The position numbers and the translations under genes were made by a program. 64,000 bases of DNA, taken from Dehalococcoidia bacterium (GTDB lineage Bacteria; Chloroflexota; Dehalococcoidia; SHYD01). The stretch lies in NCBI GenBank assembly GCA_965226775.1, contig CBDDEI010000002.1, positions 2,278,930 through 2,342,929 of the forward strand, written 5' to 3'. The notes beneath the pieces were generated by a model. It did not search any database, was not told the DNA's origin, and worked only from the letters and a program-made list of their open reading frames with translations. Shown here piece by piece: positions 10,383 through 20,114 of the stretch. The stretch's first letter is position 1. Each line of letters begins with the position of its first letter.

Positions 10383-11551
10383 CTTTCGAACTCGCCTCGG
10401 CAAAGCGTGAGACAGGTAATATCATCGGACTGCGGGGTGCCGACGACGAAGGTGTCCACGGCATGGAGGACTCCCATATTGGCCTCTTCTGCATTCGCCG
10501 GGGCCCCCTCCGTGAAGATCGCCCGCAGGCGGTCATTCCCGAACTCCTCGGACTCCCCGTTCATCGCTTCGGTAACTCCGTCGGTGTACAGCACTATGGT
10601 GTCGCCAGGGGAGAGGGTGAGGCTGCCTTCCCGGTACTCAAGGTCGGGTACCAGGCCGAGGGCGATGCCGTCGGTCAAGGGAAGCAATTCCGATTTTCCG
10701 TCAGCGTGAACGATGAGCGGTGAGTTGTGACCGCCGTTAGCATAGGTCAGCTCCCCGCTCGCCGGATCATACACCGCGTACAGAATGGTCACGAACATCG
10801 CGGCTTCGTTATCCTCGTTGAGCAAGTTGTTGACCTCGCGCAACACAGCGCCGGGGTCGGAGGTGCCGATGGCCGCGCCTTTTAGCAGGGTGCGGGTGGA
10901 CATCATGAAGAGGGCAGCGATTACTCCCTTGCCGGAAACGTCCGCAATGGCCACGCCGATTTTTCCGTTCTCCAAGCGCATGATGTCAAAGAAATCGCCG
11001 CCCACGCTGCGCGCGGGTTTCATGCTGCCGAAGACCTCGTAGCTGGGCCCCTTGGGGAACTGGGTTGGAAGGATAGACTGCTGCATACTGCTGGCCACGT
11101 CGAGCTCGTTCTGCAGGACAACCAGCTTGTCCCTAGACTCGAGCGCATCACGCCACTCGGCTATGCTGCTCAGCGTCCGTTCGATGGTGACTTCAAGGTC
11201 CTCAAAGTCAATGGGTTTGGTGACAAAGTCAAACGCCCCACGGTTCATCGCCGTGCGAATGTTCTTCATGTCTCCGTAAGCAGAGATAATAACCGCACGT
11301 AAATCGGGGTCCACTTTGGGTATCTGTTGCAGCAGCGTAAGGCCGTCCATCTGGGGCATGTTGATGTCGGAGAGCACCATTACGATCTCTTTGTCTTCAT
11401 GTAGCCGCGCCAAGGCCTCTATACCGTTCTGTGCAAAGACGAACGTGTAGCTGCCGTCCCGGATTTTGCGCCGCATACGCTGCAGCACCAGGGGCTCTAC
11501 ATCCGGTTCGTCGTCAACTACGAGTATCTTGTACGGCTGTTGCAGCGTCAT
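10379..11551 (-). CDS. Response-regulator receiver fused to PP2C/SpoIIE phosphatase (RsbU/RsbP-like)
   Basis: VVDDE, LSDINMP and TKP receiver motifs; GGDFFD, ADVSGKG, NGGH, YTDGVTE and DDIT PP2C motifs. Confidence 0.92.
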   Translation of the reverse strand: MTLQQPYKILVVDDEPDVEPLVLQRMRRKIRDGSYTFVFAQNGIEALARLHEDKEIVMVLSDINMPQMDGLTLLQQIPKVDPDLRAVIISAYGDMKNIRTAMNRGAFDFVTKPIDFEDLEVTIERTLSSIAEWRDALESRDKLVVLQNELDVASSMQQSILPTQFPKGPSYEVFGSMKPARSVGGDFFDIMRLENGKIGVAIADVSGKGVIAALFMMSTRTLLKGAAIGTSDPGAVLREVNNLLNEDNEAAMFVTILYAVYDPASGELTYANGGHNSPLIVHADGKSELLPLTDGIALGLVPDLEYREGSLTLSPGDTIVLYTDGVTEAMNGESEEFGNDRLRAIFTEGAPANAEEANMGVLHAVDTFVVGTPQSDDITCLTLCRGEFER

Positions 11552-11757
11552 GCTTTGATAACTCGCTTTGCTAGCAAATAATGTAGTCCCAAGCCTCTGT
11601 CGTGCTCGTCTTAGTCACTAGACAAGCGGGCGTGGGCTTGACTCGTCGGTCTCGTTGCCCGGTTCGGCTATACCCGGTTCCCTCGCGATTATTCGTACAG
11701 CTTCTAGCAGGGCGGGCTGGTCATGCGGAGGGGACGGCGACGCGACGCGTATCCCAG

Positions 11758-12135
11758 TTATTTACTGACTGCGGAAAGCGCGTCGTCCTGCGCGGCGTAA
11801 GTTGGGATGATCTTGTCAAAGCCGCTAATCTGGAACACCTCGCTAATGGGGCCTGGGAGCGAGCACACTGCAAATTTCGCAGACTGACTCTGTAGCTGCT
11901 TGGCCACTAGAAGTATGACCCTGAGCCCTGCGCTGCTGATATAGGACAGCTTCTCCATGTCCAAGACCATGGCGCTGTTGCTCCCTTCCAAGACGGTTTG
12001 CAGGGCGCCCTGGAGTTGACTGGCGTTGCTGCCGTCGACGCGGCCCGTGGCCTTTACGACCAATGTCCCGGCCTTCTGTTCGCCCTCTAAGGTCAAATCC
12101 TTTATATCGTCAACCGTCCAAGTGTTAGCTTCCAT
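11758..12135 (-). CDS. STAS anti-sigma factor antagonist (RsbV/SpoIIAA-like)
   Basis: LDMEKLSYISSAGLR with phosphorylatable Ser, VFQISGF; AAGGAG RBS before ATG 12135. Confidence 0.92.
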   Translation of the reverse strand: MEANTWTVDDIKDLTLEGEQKAGTLVVKATGRVDGSNASQLQGALQTVLEGSNSAMVLDMEKLSYISSAGLRVILLVAKQLQSQSAKFAVCSLPGPISEVFQISGFDKIIPTYAAQDDALSAVSK

Positions 12136-12482
12136 TAGGGCCTGCTCCTTTATAATTGCTATCCAAGATTCCACTTGACCACAATGGGCATATTCCGCGC
12201 CCAATGACATCGGTAAGTCTTGTCGACCCTCGCGTCCTCTTCAATGCTTCGGGCAGAGATTTGCTCATACTACTATATTAAAACCCTGTAAGTCTCTTCA
12301 AGTAATACCTAAAACTCAGTTTCCGCCGTCGACTGTGCCGGCATCTGTGGAGTCCGAAATAGCAGCGGGCAACCACGGTTTACCCGCGGTCATGATAGTC
12401 CCCCACACTCTGCCAGTACCGGTGTCGCACCAGCACCCTGCTTGCGGGCTTCAGCTTCGTAGACTTCTCCGCAGCAAGCCTG

Positions 12483-12497
12483 TAGGATATTATCCTA
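12483..12497. promoter_or_regulatory. Perfect palindrome TAGGATA-T-TATCCTA, candidate operator
   Basis: 7-bp inverted repeat with 1-nt centre, ending 23 bp before the ATG at 12521, in the divergent STAS/Rid intergenic region. Confidence 0.35.
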
Positions 12498-12520
12498 AAT
12501 CAATCGTGGAGGAACAAGTC

Positions 12521-13678
12521 ATGCCGCAACGTCGTCAGTGTTATCAGCTTTCAGACACCTCTGCCGAGCGCGATCCGTGGGGCTCACCCGCTGCAACAAA
12601 GCTCGGCGACTATCTATTCTCCGGCGCTTGCACAGGCCAGGACCCCGCCACGGGCCAACTGGCGCAGGGCGCAGACCAGCAGGCGGCTCAAGCCTTCATG
12701 AACGTGAAGGCAGTGGTCGAGAGCTCCGGCTTCAGCACAGACGACATTCTCCGGGTGTGGGTCTGGCTAAAGGACTGGAGCGCACAAGATGCAGTAAAGA
12801 AACCCTGGATGGAGCTGTTCCCGAATCCGGACAGCCGGCCTGCGGCCACGTTCGTGGCAGCAGCAGACCTCCCGCCCGGTCAGCTCCTGCAGGTCGAGAT
12901 TGCAGCAAAGCAGAGTAGTGATGCGCGTCGCAGCATCAGCATCCCCGGTGCAACCCTTGACGATGCCTATCCCACCATCTCCATCAAGGGAGATTGGTTC
13001 GCAACGGGCTCGCTCCAGGGCGATAGCGGAGCCCCCACCCCAGACCAGGCCGAGAGTCTGCACGGACGACTGCAGGCAGCGCTGGAAGCAGCCGGCACCA
13101 ACACCGATAGCGTCGCCCATATATTGTCCTGGTATCGCGACCACAGCTCACGTGATGTCCAGAATACGCCCTTCGCAAGACTCTTCCCGATGTTGGGTGA
13201 CCGGCCAAACCGCCACTCGGTTATTCGAGATATGCCGGACGGTATCGAGATCACTTCGGAGGCCATGGGCGTTGTGGGCGGGATGCGCGTGAACTTCACC
13301 ATGCACGGCCCGCGGCATGGCGGCATCGATGGGCTGTCGAACTCGCTTCCCCTGGGCATAGCCATCGGAAACCTGGTGCACTCAGCTGGAACCATGGGCC
13401 GCGACCCGGTTACCGACGACACTCCCAAAGACCCCAACATGCAGGCGGAGCTCGCGTTGGCAAACACCCGGCGCCTGATGGAAGCCGCAGGGCTTTCCCT
13501 CTCAGACATCGGCCACATGTTTGTCTGGCACAAGGGTCAGGCCGCCCGTGACGCTCTGAATGCGCCCTTGCAGGCCTTTTTCCCCGACCCCAACGACCGC
13601 CCCGCCTGGCACGTCCTTGAAGCTGACCTGCCGGGAGACATGGTGGTCCAAGTGGAGGTCATCGCTGTCAGGCCATAG
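12521..13678 (+). CDS. Protein with three fused RidA/YjgF domains
   Basis: GGAGG RBS; three ~125-aa units with RP motifs (RPAAT, RPNRH, RPAWH), each ending in a VEIAA/ITSEAMG/VEVIA-like strand. Confidence 0.8.
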   Translation: MPQRRQCYQLSDTSAERDPWGSPAATKLGDYLFSGACTGQDPATGQLAQGADQQAAQAFMNVKAVVESSGFSTDDILRVWVWLKDWSAQDAVKKPWMELFPNPDSRPAATFVAAADLPPGQLLQVEIAAKQSSDARRSISIPGATLDDAYPTISIKGDWFATGSLQGDSGAPTPDQAESLHGRLQAALEAAGTNTDSVAHILSWYRDHSSRDVQNTPFARLFPMLGDRPNRHSVIRDMPDGIEITSEAMGVVGGMRVNFTMHGPRHGGIDGLSNSLPLGIAIGNLVHSAGTMGRDPVTDDTPKDPNMQAELALANTRRLMEAAGLSLSDIGHMFVWHKGQAARDALNAPLQAFFPDPNDRPAWHVLEADLPGDMVVQVEVIAVRP

Positions 13679-13752
13679 TGTGGAGCTAGCATGGCCTTAC
13701 AAGGTTGATCTGGCCCTGAGGGCACCCTTGAACTAGCTAAATAAAACAGACG

Positions 13753-13791
13753 AGCGGGAGGCGCATACTCCGAAATGCCTCCCGCTTTTTT
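13753..13791 (+). terminator. Intrinsic terminator (possibly bidirectional)
   Basis: AGCGGGAGGC...GCCTCCCGCT stem followed by a T run; A-rich stretch upstream. Confidence 0.8.
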
Positions 13792-13829
13792 GTTGCCCAA
13801 CAGCAGGGCAGCAGCTCCCAGACCTGCTA

Positions 13830-13993
13830 CGAATGGCCGCGCCGCGTGGGCGGAGACTGCCCGCCGCCTCGGAACTTTCTCTTACGCGGTATGGCGTTGG
13901 TGGAAGGGCGGAGTGCGTCCCAACGCTCAGCACATGATGGCGCTGCGGGAGATGGCCGACGCCCTGAGCCTCGGCCATCTGTTCACCAACTGA
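13830..13993 (+). pseudogene. XRE-type helix-turn-helix fragment
   Basis: AWAETARRLGTFSYAVWRWWKGGVRPNAQHMMAL; the only upstream in-frame ATG lies inside the terminator hairpin. Confidence 0.45.
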
Positions 13994-14206
13994 GGCGATG
14001 CGAGACGCCGAGCGACTGCGACCGCAGCGGCTGGATCTGGAGTCCGTATTGGACGCTGTTGGGGCAATTATACCAGTCCCGGCCCAAACTTACACTAACT
14101 TCACGGAAAATCACCAATGCTCTCACGGCCATCTTACACGCCACCAGTAAAGTGGAGTACGCAGGGTCCCCCGCACGTGTGCAAACACAACGCAAGGAGG
14201 AGAGCC

Positions 14207-14748
14207 ATGACCAATGCAATGCCAAACTTCAGTATTTCCTTTTGGGCAGCGTGGACGAGGCTGGCCCAGTTCCTCGCGGCCAGCGGCCTGATGGCCGTCT
14301 TCCCGGCCCCGCAGGCCCACGCCCAGGGGGTGGAGACGACGGACGTGGCGCTCTGAACCGCTACGCTCACGGTAGGGGGTGGGACTTTCCGAGAATACTC
14401 CTCTGTGGATAACTATGGTTCGATCACTTCGACTTCCCTGTCGTTTCCTTCGAACAGCTACACGATTGGCGGTCTCGGATACTCCACCATCACGAACAGA
14501 CTCGAACTGAGACTGAATCCCGGCCCCAGTCAAACGAGTACGACGATTTGATGCTGGTGGTCGGCAACAGGCGGTTTGCCTTTTCCAGCGCAGGCGCCAC
14601 TAACAGCGGCACCAATAGTGAGGTCTTCCGTTGGTTTAACTGCAGCCTTTCGTGGGCAGAGATTGCCCGCCGCCTGGGGACCTATCACCCCTACACCACA
14701 ATGGCAGACCCCCGGCTCAACGTTGCCCAGACCACCATCCAAACATAG
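14207..14748 (+). pseudogene. Decayed secreted protein fragment with a second HTH remnant
   Basis: AAGGAGG RBS and signal-peptide-like MTNAMPNF...AHA-QG, then early stops and frame changes; LVVGNRRFAFSS..., ending in SWAEIARRLGT, which resembles 13846-13880. Confidence 0.45.
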
Positions 14749-14760
14749 GAGTGTAACCTG

Positions 14761-17700
14761 ATGCGCAACAGCATCTTCACCAGCAGGGTAGCCGCACTGG
14801 CCCTCTTTGCCGTTGTTGGCTTTTTTGCCGCCCTCGCGCCCCCCATTGCATCCCTAAACCTGGCCCGCGCCCACTCGCCGGGCGGCGCCACCCTCACTGC
14901 GCTGTCGGTGACTGCGGGAGGGACGGCGCAAACGCTCTCCCCGACGTTTAGCAGCACGGTGACTGACTACACGGTCGCCGTGGCCAACACCGTGACCCAG
15001 ATCACCATCGAGGCCACGCCGGACGGCGACGGCACTGTGGCCTATCAGAACACGGACGGGACGACGCTTACGGACGCCGACACGAACACTGCCGGCCAGC
15101 AGGTGAACCTCCCCGCGGGGGACGACAAGCGCATCAACGTGGTGGTGACCCATACCGACAGCGGGACGACGACGACGCAGACCTACCGCGTGCTGGTGAG
15201 CCGCGAGGCGACGGACGACCCATGCGACGGCGGCGGCTACAACCCAACGCCCACGGCCGTCACGGTGGACACCGTGCCTATCGTGGTCGAGTCCACCACT
15301 GACGACTACTTTGTGCTCTACGTGAACCACGAAGTGAACGGCAGGGAGGTGGAGCTGCCGGTCCTGGTGAAGCGGGGCGAAGCCGGGACGACCGAGCTGG
15401 ACGAGAATATCGAGGCGCTGCCCCCGGAACGCTACCGGGTGGAGAAGTACCTCATCTCGGACCCGGCCGACGTCGATGGCGACTGCATCGACGACATCAC
15501 CGAGCTGGACGACTATGGGAAAATGAACCCGGTCAACTTCGCCGCGTCAATTGCCTTTAAGCACGGCACTGTCACCATTCCCGATCGCAGGACCTTCGAA
15601 CGGCTCTCTTACCAAGGTGATGATGTGCAGATTGACCAGCATCTCGCCGGTCTGGAGTACGTCAAGTTCTTCATCACCCGCATGAATTCCGACCAGCCAG
15701 CGGTCTATTTCATGAACACGGTTAGACACCGGTGTCACTGCACTTTTGCCCTCGCTGTCAATTTTACGTTCAGAAAAGGGATGCGCGGCGAGATCATCTA
15801 CCACCCCAATGTCGTGGCGCCGGACGGTTCGATAGGCGTCTACCGGTTCGAATTCGAGCCGGGGGATAACTATCCCTTTCGGGCTGTGCAATATGGGTAT
15901 GAGGTGCTGGCCGCCAGCATGCCGCTGCTTGAGAACAACCTAGCGTACTACCCGATGCCCTACCGCGCGCTACCGCGGTATCACAGAGAAAAGGAGCAGT
16001 ATGACGCCTCCCGGGTCAAAGTGTTGTTGGAAGAGGACATCTTACCCGATGTTGATTTCATCTCCCTCAACCAAGAGACCGGTTACGGGTTCTTGCGAGT
16101 CATGTCGCTGGACGAGCGTCCCTATCCTCGCGACATCGTGATCTATGACACGCTGCCCAACGACCTGCCACGGGTCGCCGGCATCATGACCACCGTGCCG
16201 CAAACGCCGCTCTCGCACGTCAACCTGCGCGCCGTGCAAGACGGCGTTCCCAATGCCTTTATCCGCGACGCCCTTGATGATGACACCATTGATGACCTGA
16301 TCGACAGCCACGTCCAATACACTGTCACGCAGGACGGCTACACCATCCGCGCGGCCAACAAGGCGGAAGTCGACGCCCACTACGAGGCTTCCCGCCCGAC
16401 CACGGCGCAGACGCCGGTGCGGAACCTCTCGGTCACCGAGATCACAGCGCTCAGCGATATCGGATTCGACGACTGGGATGCGTTCGGGGTGAAGGCGGCG
16501 AACGTGGCCGTGCTGGGGACGCTGGGGTTCCCGGCGGGCACCGTCCCCGACGGATTTGCCGTGCCCTTCTATTTCTACGACGAGTTCATGAAGGCCAACG
16601 ACCTCTATGCCATGGTCTCAACCATGCTGGCAGACTCCGACTTCCAGACGGACTACGACACACAGGAGGACGAGCTCAAGCAACTGCGCTCGGCCATAAA
16701 GGATGCAACCACGCCGGACAGGATCATCACCGCGCTTGAGGCTATGCACGCGGAGTTCCCGGACGGCACGTCACTGCGCTACCGCTCCAGCACCAACAAT
16801 GAGGACCTGCCGGGATTCAGCGGCGCCGGGCTGTACGACTCCAAGACGCAGGACCCCGACGAGACCGAGGAAGACGGGATCGACAAGTCGATCAAAGGGG
16901 TTTGGGCGAGCCTGTGGAACTTCCGCGCCTTTGTCGAACGTGACTTCCACCGCGTCGACCACTATGCGACGGCGATGGGAGTCCTGGTGCACCCCAACTA
17001 CTCAGACGAGCTGGTCAACGGCGTCGCCGTCAGTTTCGATCCCTTCAATGGCAGAGAGGGGAGCTACTACGTCAACAGCCAGGTCGGCGAGGACCTGGTC
17101 ACCAATCCCGACGCGCGCTCGATTCCAGAGGAACTCCTGTTGGGCCCGGTTGGGGGCACGTATGGGCCATTCACGATTCTTGGTACTTCCAACCAAGTAC
17201 CGGCTGGGCAACTCCTCATGACGGAAACTCAAATGGCCCAGTTACGTCAACACCTCGAGGTGATCCACGACCACTTCGCGGGGCTGTACGACCCTGTAGC
17301 CGGCAAACCGTTCGCCATGGAGATCGAGTTCAAGATCACCAGCGAGAATGTCCTGGCGATTAAGCAGGCCCGCCCCTGGGTCTTTGGCTCAGCAGAAACG
17401 GTAACCCCGCCGCCCACGAACCAGGCCCCTGTGTTCACGGATGGCGCAAGTACAACCCGCAGCGTGGCCGAAACCACCACCGCGGGCGTGAACATCGGCG
17501 CACCGGTCGCAGCCACCGACCCCGACAACGATCCCCTGACCTACAGCCTGGGCGGCGACCGATGCGGCCTCCTTCGACATCGTCGCGTCCTCCGGCCAGT
17601 TGCAGACCAAGCTCCCTCTGGACCGAGAGACCAAGGCCAGTTACTCCGTCACCGTGTCAGTCAGCGACGGCGACCCCGACACGGCGATCGACACCACGAC

Positions 17701-18998
17701 CACGGTGACGATCAACGTCACCACCACAACCACCGCCACTGCCACCGCTACCGCCACTGCCACTGCCACCGCCACAACCTCATCGGGGAGCAGGGGAGGA
17801 GGAGGAGGCCGCGGCCGCGCTACCCCAACGCCAACACCAACTCCGAGCCCAACGCCTACGGCGACACCAACCCCTACCGGACCGCAGTTCTCCGGCTTGA
17901 TTGCCGCTGAGCCCAGCGTGACCGCAACGGTGGTTCCTGAGGGCACTACCCTGGGCCTCAACGGCGGCGCAGACCTGCCAGGCGGCGTCTACGTGAACTT
18001 CCCGCCCACCGCAGTGGCCTTGCCGGTGCACGTGAGCGTCTCGGTGAGCAACGAAGCACCGAGCGACGTGGTTGCGCCCAGCGGCACCACCTCTGCTGCC
18101 GCTCACCATCGACATCACTCCGGAAACTCCCATCACCCTGGGCGAGCCGCTGACCATTGAAATCAACCCCACGCCGGAACAGCTGGAGGCCGCAGGCGGT
18201 GACCTGAACAACCTCTCCGTGGGCGTGGTGACCCCCAACGGCATTGTGGTGCTGCCCGCGCAGGTGATGCACGGCAGGCTGGTGGTGACCACCGACCGCC
18301 TCGCCCCCTTCGTCCTGTTAGCCATCACGGACACCGGCCCAGTTCTGACCCAGCCGCCTATGGGCGATGCCTCGTCCATGGGCCCGCTGCTGCAGTGGAC
18401 CCAACCGCCGCGCACTACCTGGTTCCAGGTGCAGGTGATCCCCTTCAATGAGGACGGCCCCGGCATCAACCTGGTTATCGGCGACCGCGCGCTGGTGCGC
18501 GCCGCGCAGTACCAGGTCCTGGGCCCCAACTTCGGCAGCGCCGACCCCAACTACGTGATGCTGCCCGGCATGACCTACCTCTGGCGGGTGCGCACTACCA
18601 CGGTGACCACGAACCCCACGGAGGACGACTGGAGCGCGTGGGCAGTGAGCAGCTTCAAGACACCGCCAGCCAGCAGCAGCACCATCACCCCGGTGGCGCC
18701 GCCGGCCTTTGCGGAGGTGAGCACGCTCACCCCGACGTTGACCTGGGCGAACTCCAACACCACCGTGTTCTACTACGAGGTGCAGGTTAGCAAGGACTAC
18801 GCGTTCGGGCCGAACGCCTTCCTCTACAGTGAGTACGTCCATGGCGGAGCCAGCACCCCGCCCAACAGCTACGTGGTGCCGGCAGCCTTCCCGCTAGAGG
18901 CAGGCGAGATCTACTACTGGCGCGTCCGGCCGCGGATTCAGGGCGACGGCGACCCGCTGCCGTGGAGCGCCACCTACGTGTTCCTAGCGCCGGGCTAG
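14761..18998 (+). CDS. Secreted multidomain protein: signal peptide, cadherin-like sandwich, unknown domain, phospho-His swivel-like motif, PEP-synthase/PPDK-type ATP-grasp domain, cadherin domain, shared C-terminal cassette; frameshifts ~17557 and ~18091
   Basis: Signal peptide MRNSIF...ARA-HS; TLTALSVT..LSPTFSSTVTDYTV (cadherin-like); TPLSHVNLRAVQDGVP (His at 16216); GVKAAN (Lys 16492); RSSTNNEDLPGFSGAGLYDS (16783); IEFKI...IKQARP; NQAPVF..ATDPDND cadherin. Pieces 17600-18160 and 18072-18998 continue in order. Confidence 0.8.
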
Positions 18999-19100
18999 GG
19001 CAGAGGCCGGCAGACGAGCGTTGAGTAAGGAGGGGGCCTGATGGCCTCCTCCTTTCCTTGGTAGCGTTTTTGATGGGCAGATAAAGTAAGGTGAACTGCT
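17822..19100 (+). repeat. Shared C-terminal cassette plus terminator, copy 1 of 3
   Basis: Near-identical by eye to 26256-27527 and 57892-59169, from the TPTPTPSPTPTATPTPTGPQFSG linker through the stop codon and ~100 bp of 3' non-coding sequence. Confidence 0.95.
19027..19060 (+). terminator. Hairpin/terminator after cassette copy 1
   Basis: AAGGAGGGGGCC-TGAT-GGCCTCCTCCTT followed by TCCTT. Confidence 0.7.
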
Positions 19101-19118
19101 GGTTAGCGGGCGAGCCTA

Positions 19119-19259
19119 TGTACCCCAGCCGCAGGCCAGAAACTACACAGTAATTGTCACGATGGCGGCCTATGTGCACACATCATGTATACCTAAGGGC
19201 TGTATCATGGACTATATATAATCTAGGGATATTATTTAGGGCCATACAGGTGGAGTGAA
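19119..19259 (+). promoter_or_regulatory. Conserved upstream region of the chaperone-protease operon, copy A
   Basis: Shares CAGCCGCAGGCCAGAAACTACACAGTAATTGTCACGATGGCGGCCTATG and CTAGGGATATTAYTTAGGGCCATACAGGTGGAGTGAA-ATG with 48766-48887. Confidence 0.6.
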
Positions 19260-20035
19260 ATGAGAAAGCTCATTGTCCTGCTGACCATAGTTGCCCTTGA
19301 ATCAAGCGTGATGACGGTCCTGGCCGGATGCGGATCGCCTACACCGACGGACCAGCCCGCTGCAGCGCCCACGGAGACCGCATCGCCACTCCTGAAACCC
19401 ACCGCAACCGTAGCTACTCCTCTCGTGGATGACTCCGTGTCTACACCAACTCCCGCGTCGTCTGCCAGCGACGGGATTGAATTCACGCCCGTCGACTCTT
19501 CGGAACGTCCAAGAAACAGGACCCTATAACGGTTGCTGATCAGGATTCTCCCCAGAAGGATGGCCCCGGCGCTACCGGCCCTGTCCAGGGTGACCCCTAC
19601 ACCTGGCAGGACGGCGACAGGACCATGACGGTGATGCTTCAGGCAGACCTGGTAGTCGAGAAAGACTCCGGCGGATTGCCTCGTGACGTCGTTTCAGCCA
19701 ACGAGGGTGGAACTAACGTTGTCAGGAGTGCGGATGCACAATCGAACAGTGCTACCCTGCCCGTCTTTCGCGCGGAGTCCGGCGCGCTGATGACCCTCCC
19801 CGGCGGCGTTCTGCTGGTGCTCAGCTCTGAATGGAGCCAGGCGGAAACGAACGCCTTTTTCTCCAACAATGGGATCAAGATGGACCGCGTGTCGGAGTTG
19901 GGCTACGTCGCTAACGGCTTCTTCGTTGAAACTGAACCAGGATTCCCCTCGCTGGACCTCGCCAACGCCCTGGCAGTGCAGGACGGTGTGGAAATCTCCA
20001 GCCCCAACTGGGGAAGAGACGCCACCCCGAAGTGA
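19260..20035 (+). CDS. Lipoprotein, putative stand-alone propeptide/external chaperone of the downstream S8 protease (copy A; frameshift ~19498)
   Basis: Lipobox LAGC, P/T-rich linker, C-terminal GGVLLVL...SPNWGRDATPK; the intact paralog at 48888-49664 defines the frame. Confidence 0.7.
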
Positions 20036-20114
20036 TTGTTGCCTGTGCATACCACCGGTTGTTGTGACCCACTGTTCCCGTGAACGCTAACGTCTCTTCA
20101 GCGTCATCTATCCC

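Noticed and set aside
14761-17440. Annotation as metabolic PEP synthase or PPDK
   Set aside because: It has a signal peptide and adhesin-type domains, a permuted domain order, and no pyruvate/PEP-binding barrel.
17715-17780. Hexamer-like GCCACT/GCCACC repeat as a regulatory microsatellite
   Set aside because: It encodes the Thr-Ala linker in frame; a unit change would not shift frame.
18291-18311. Diversity-generating retroelement as the source of cassette variation
   Set aside because: No reverse transcriptase in the window, and the differences include T>C and T>G changes, so they are not adenine-specific.
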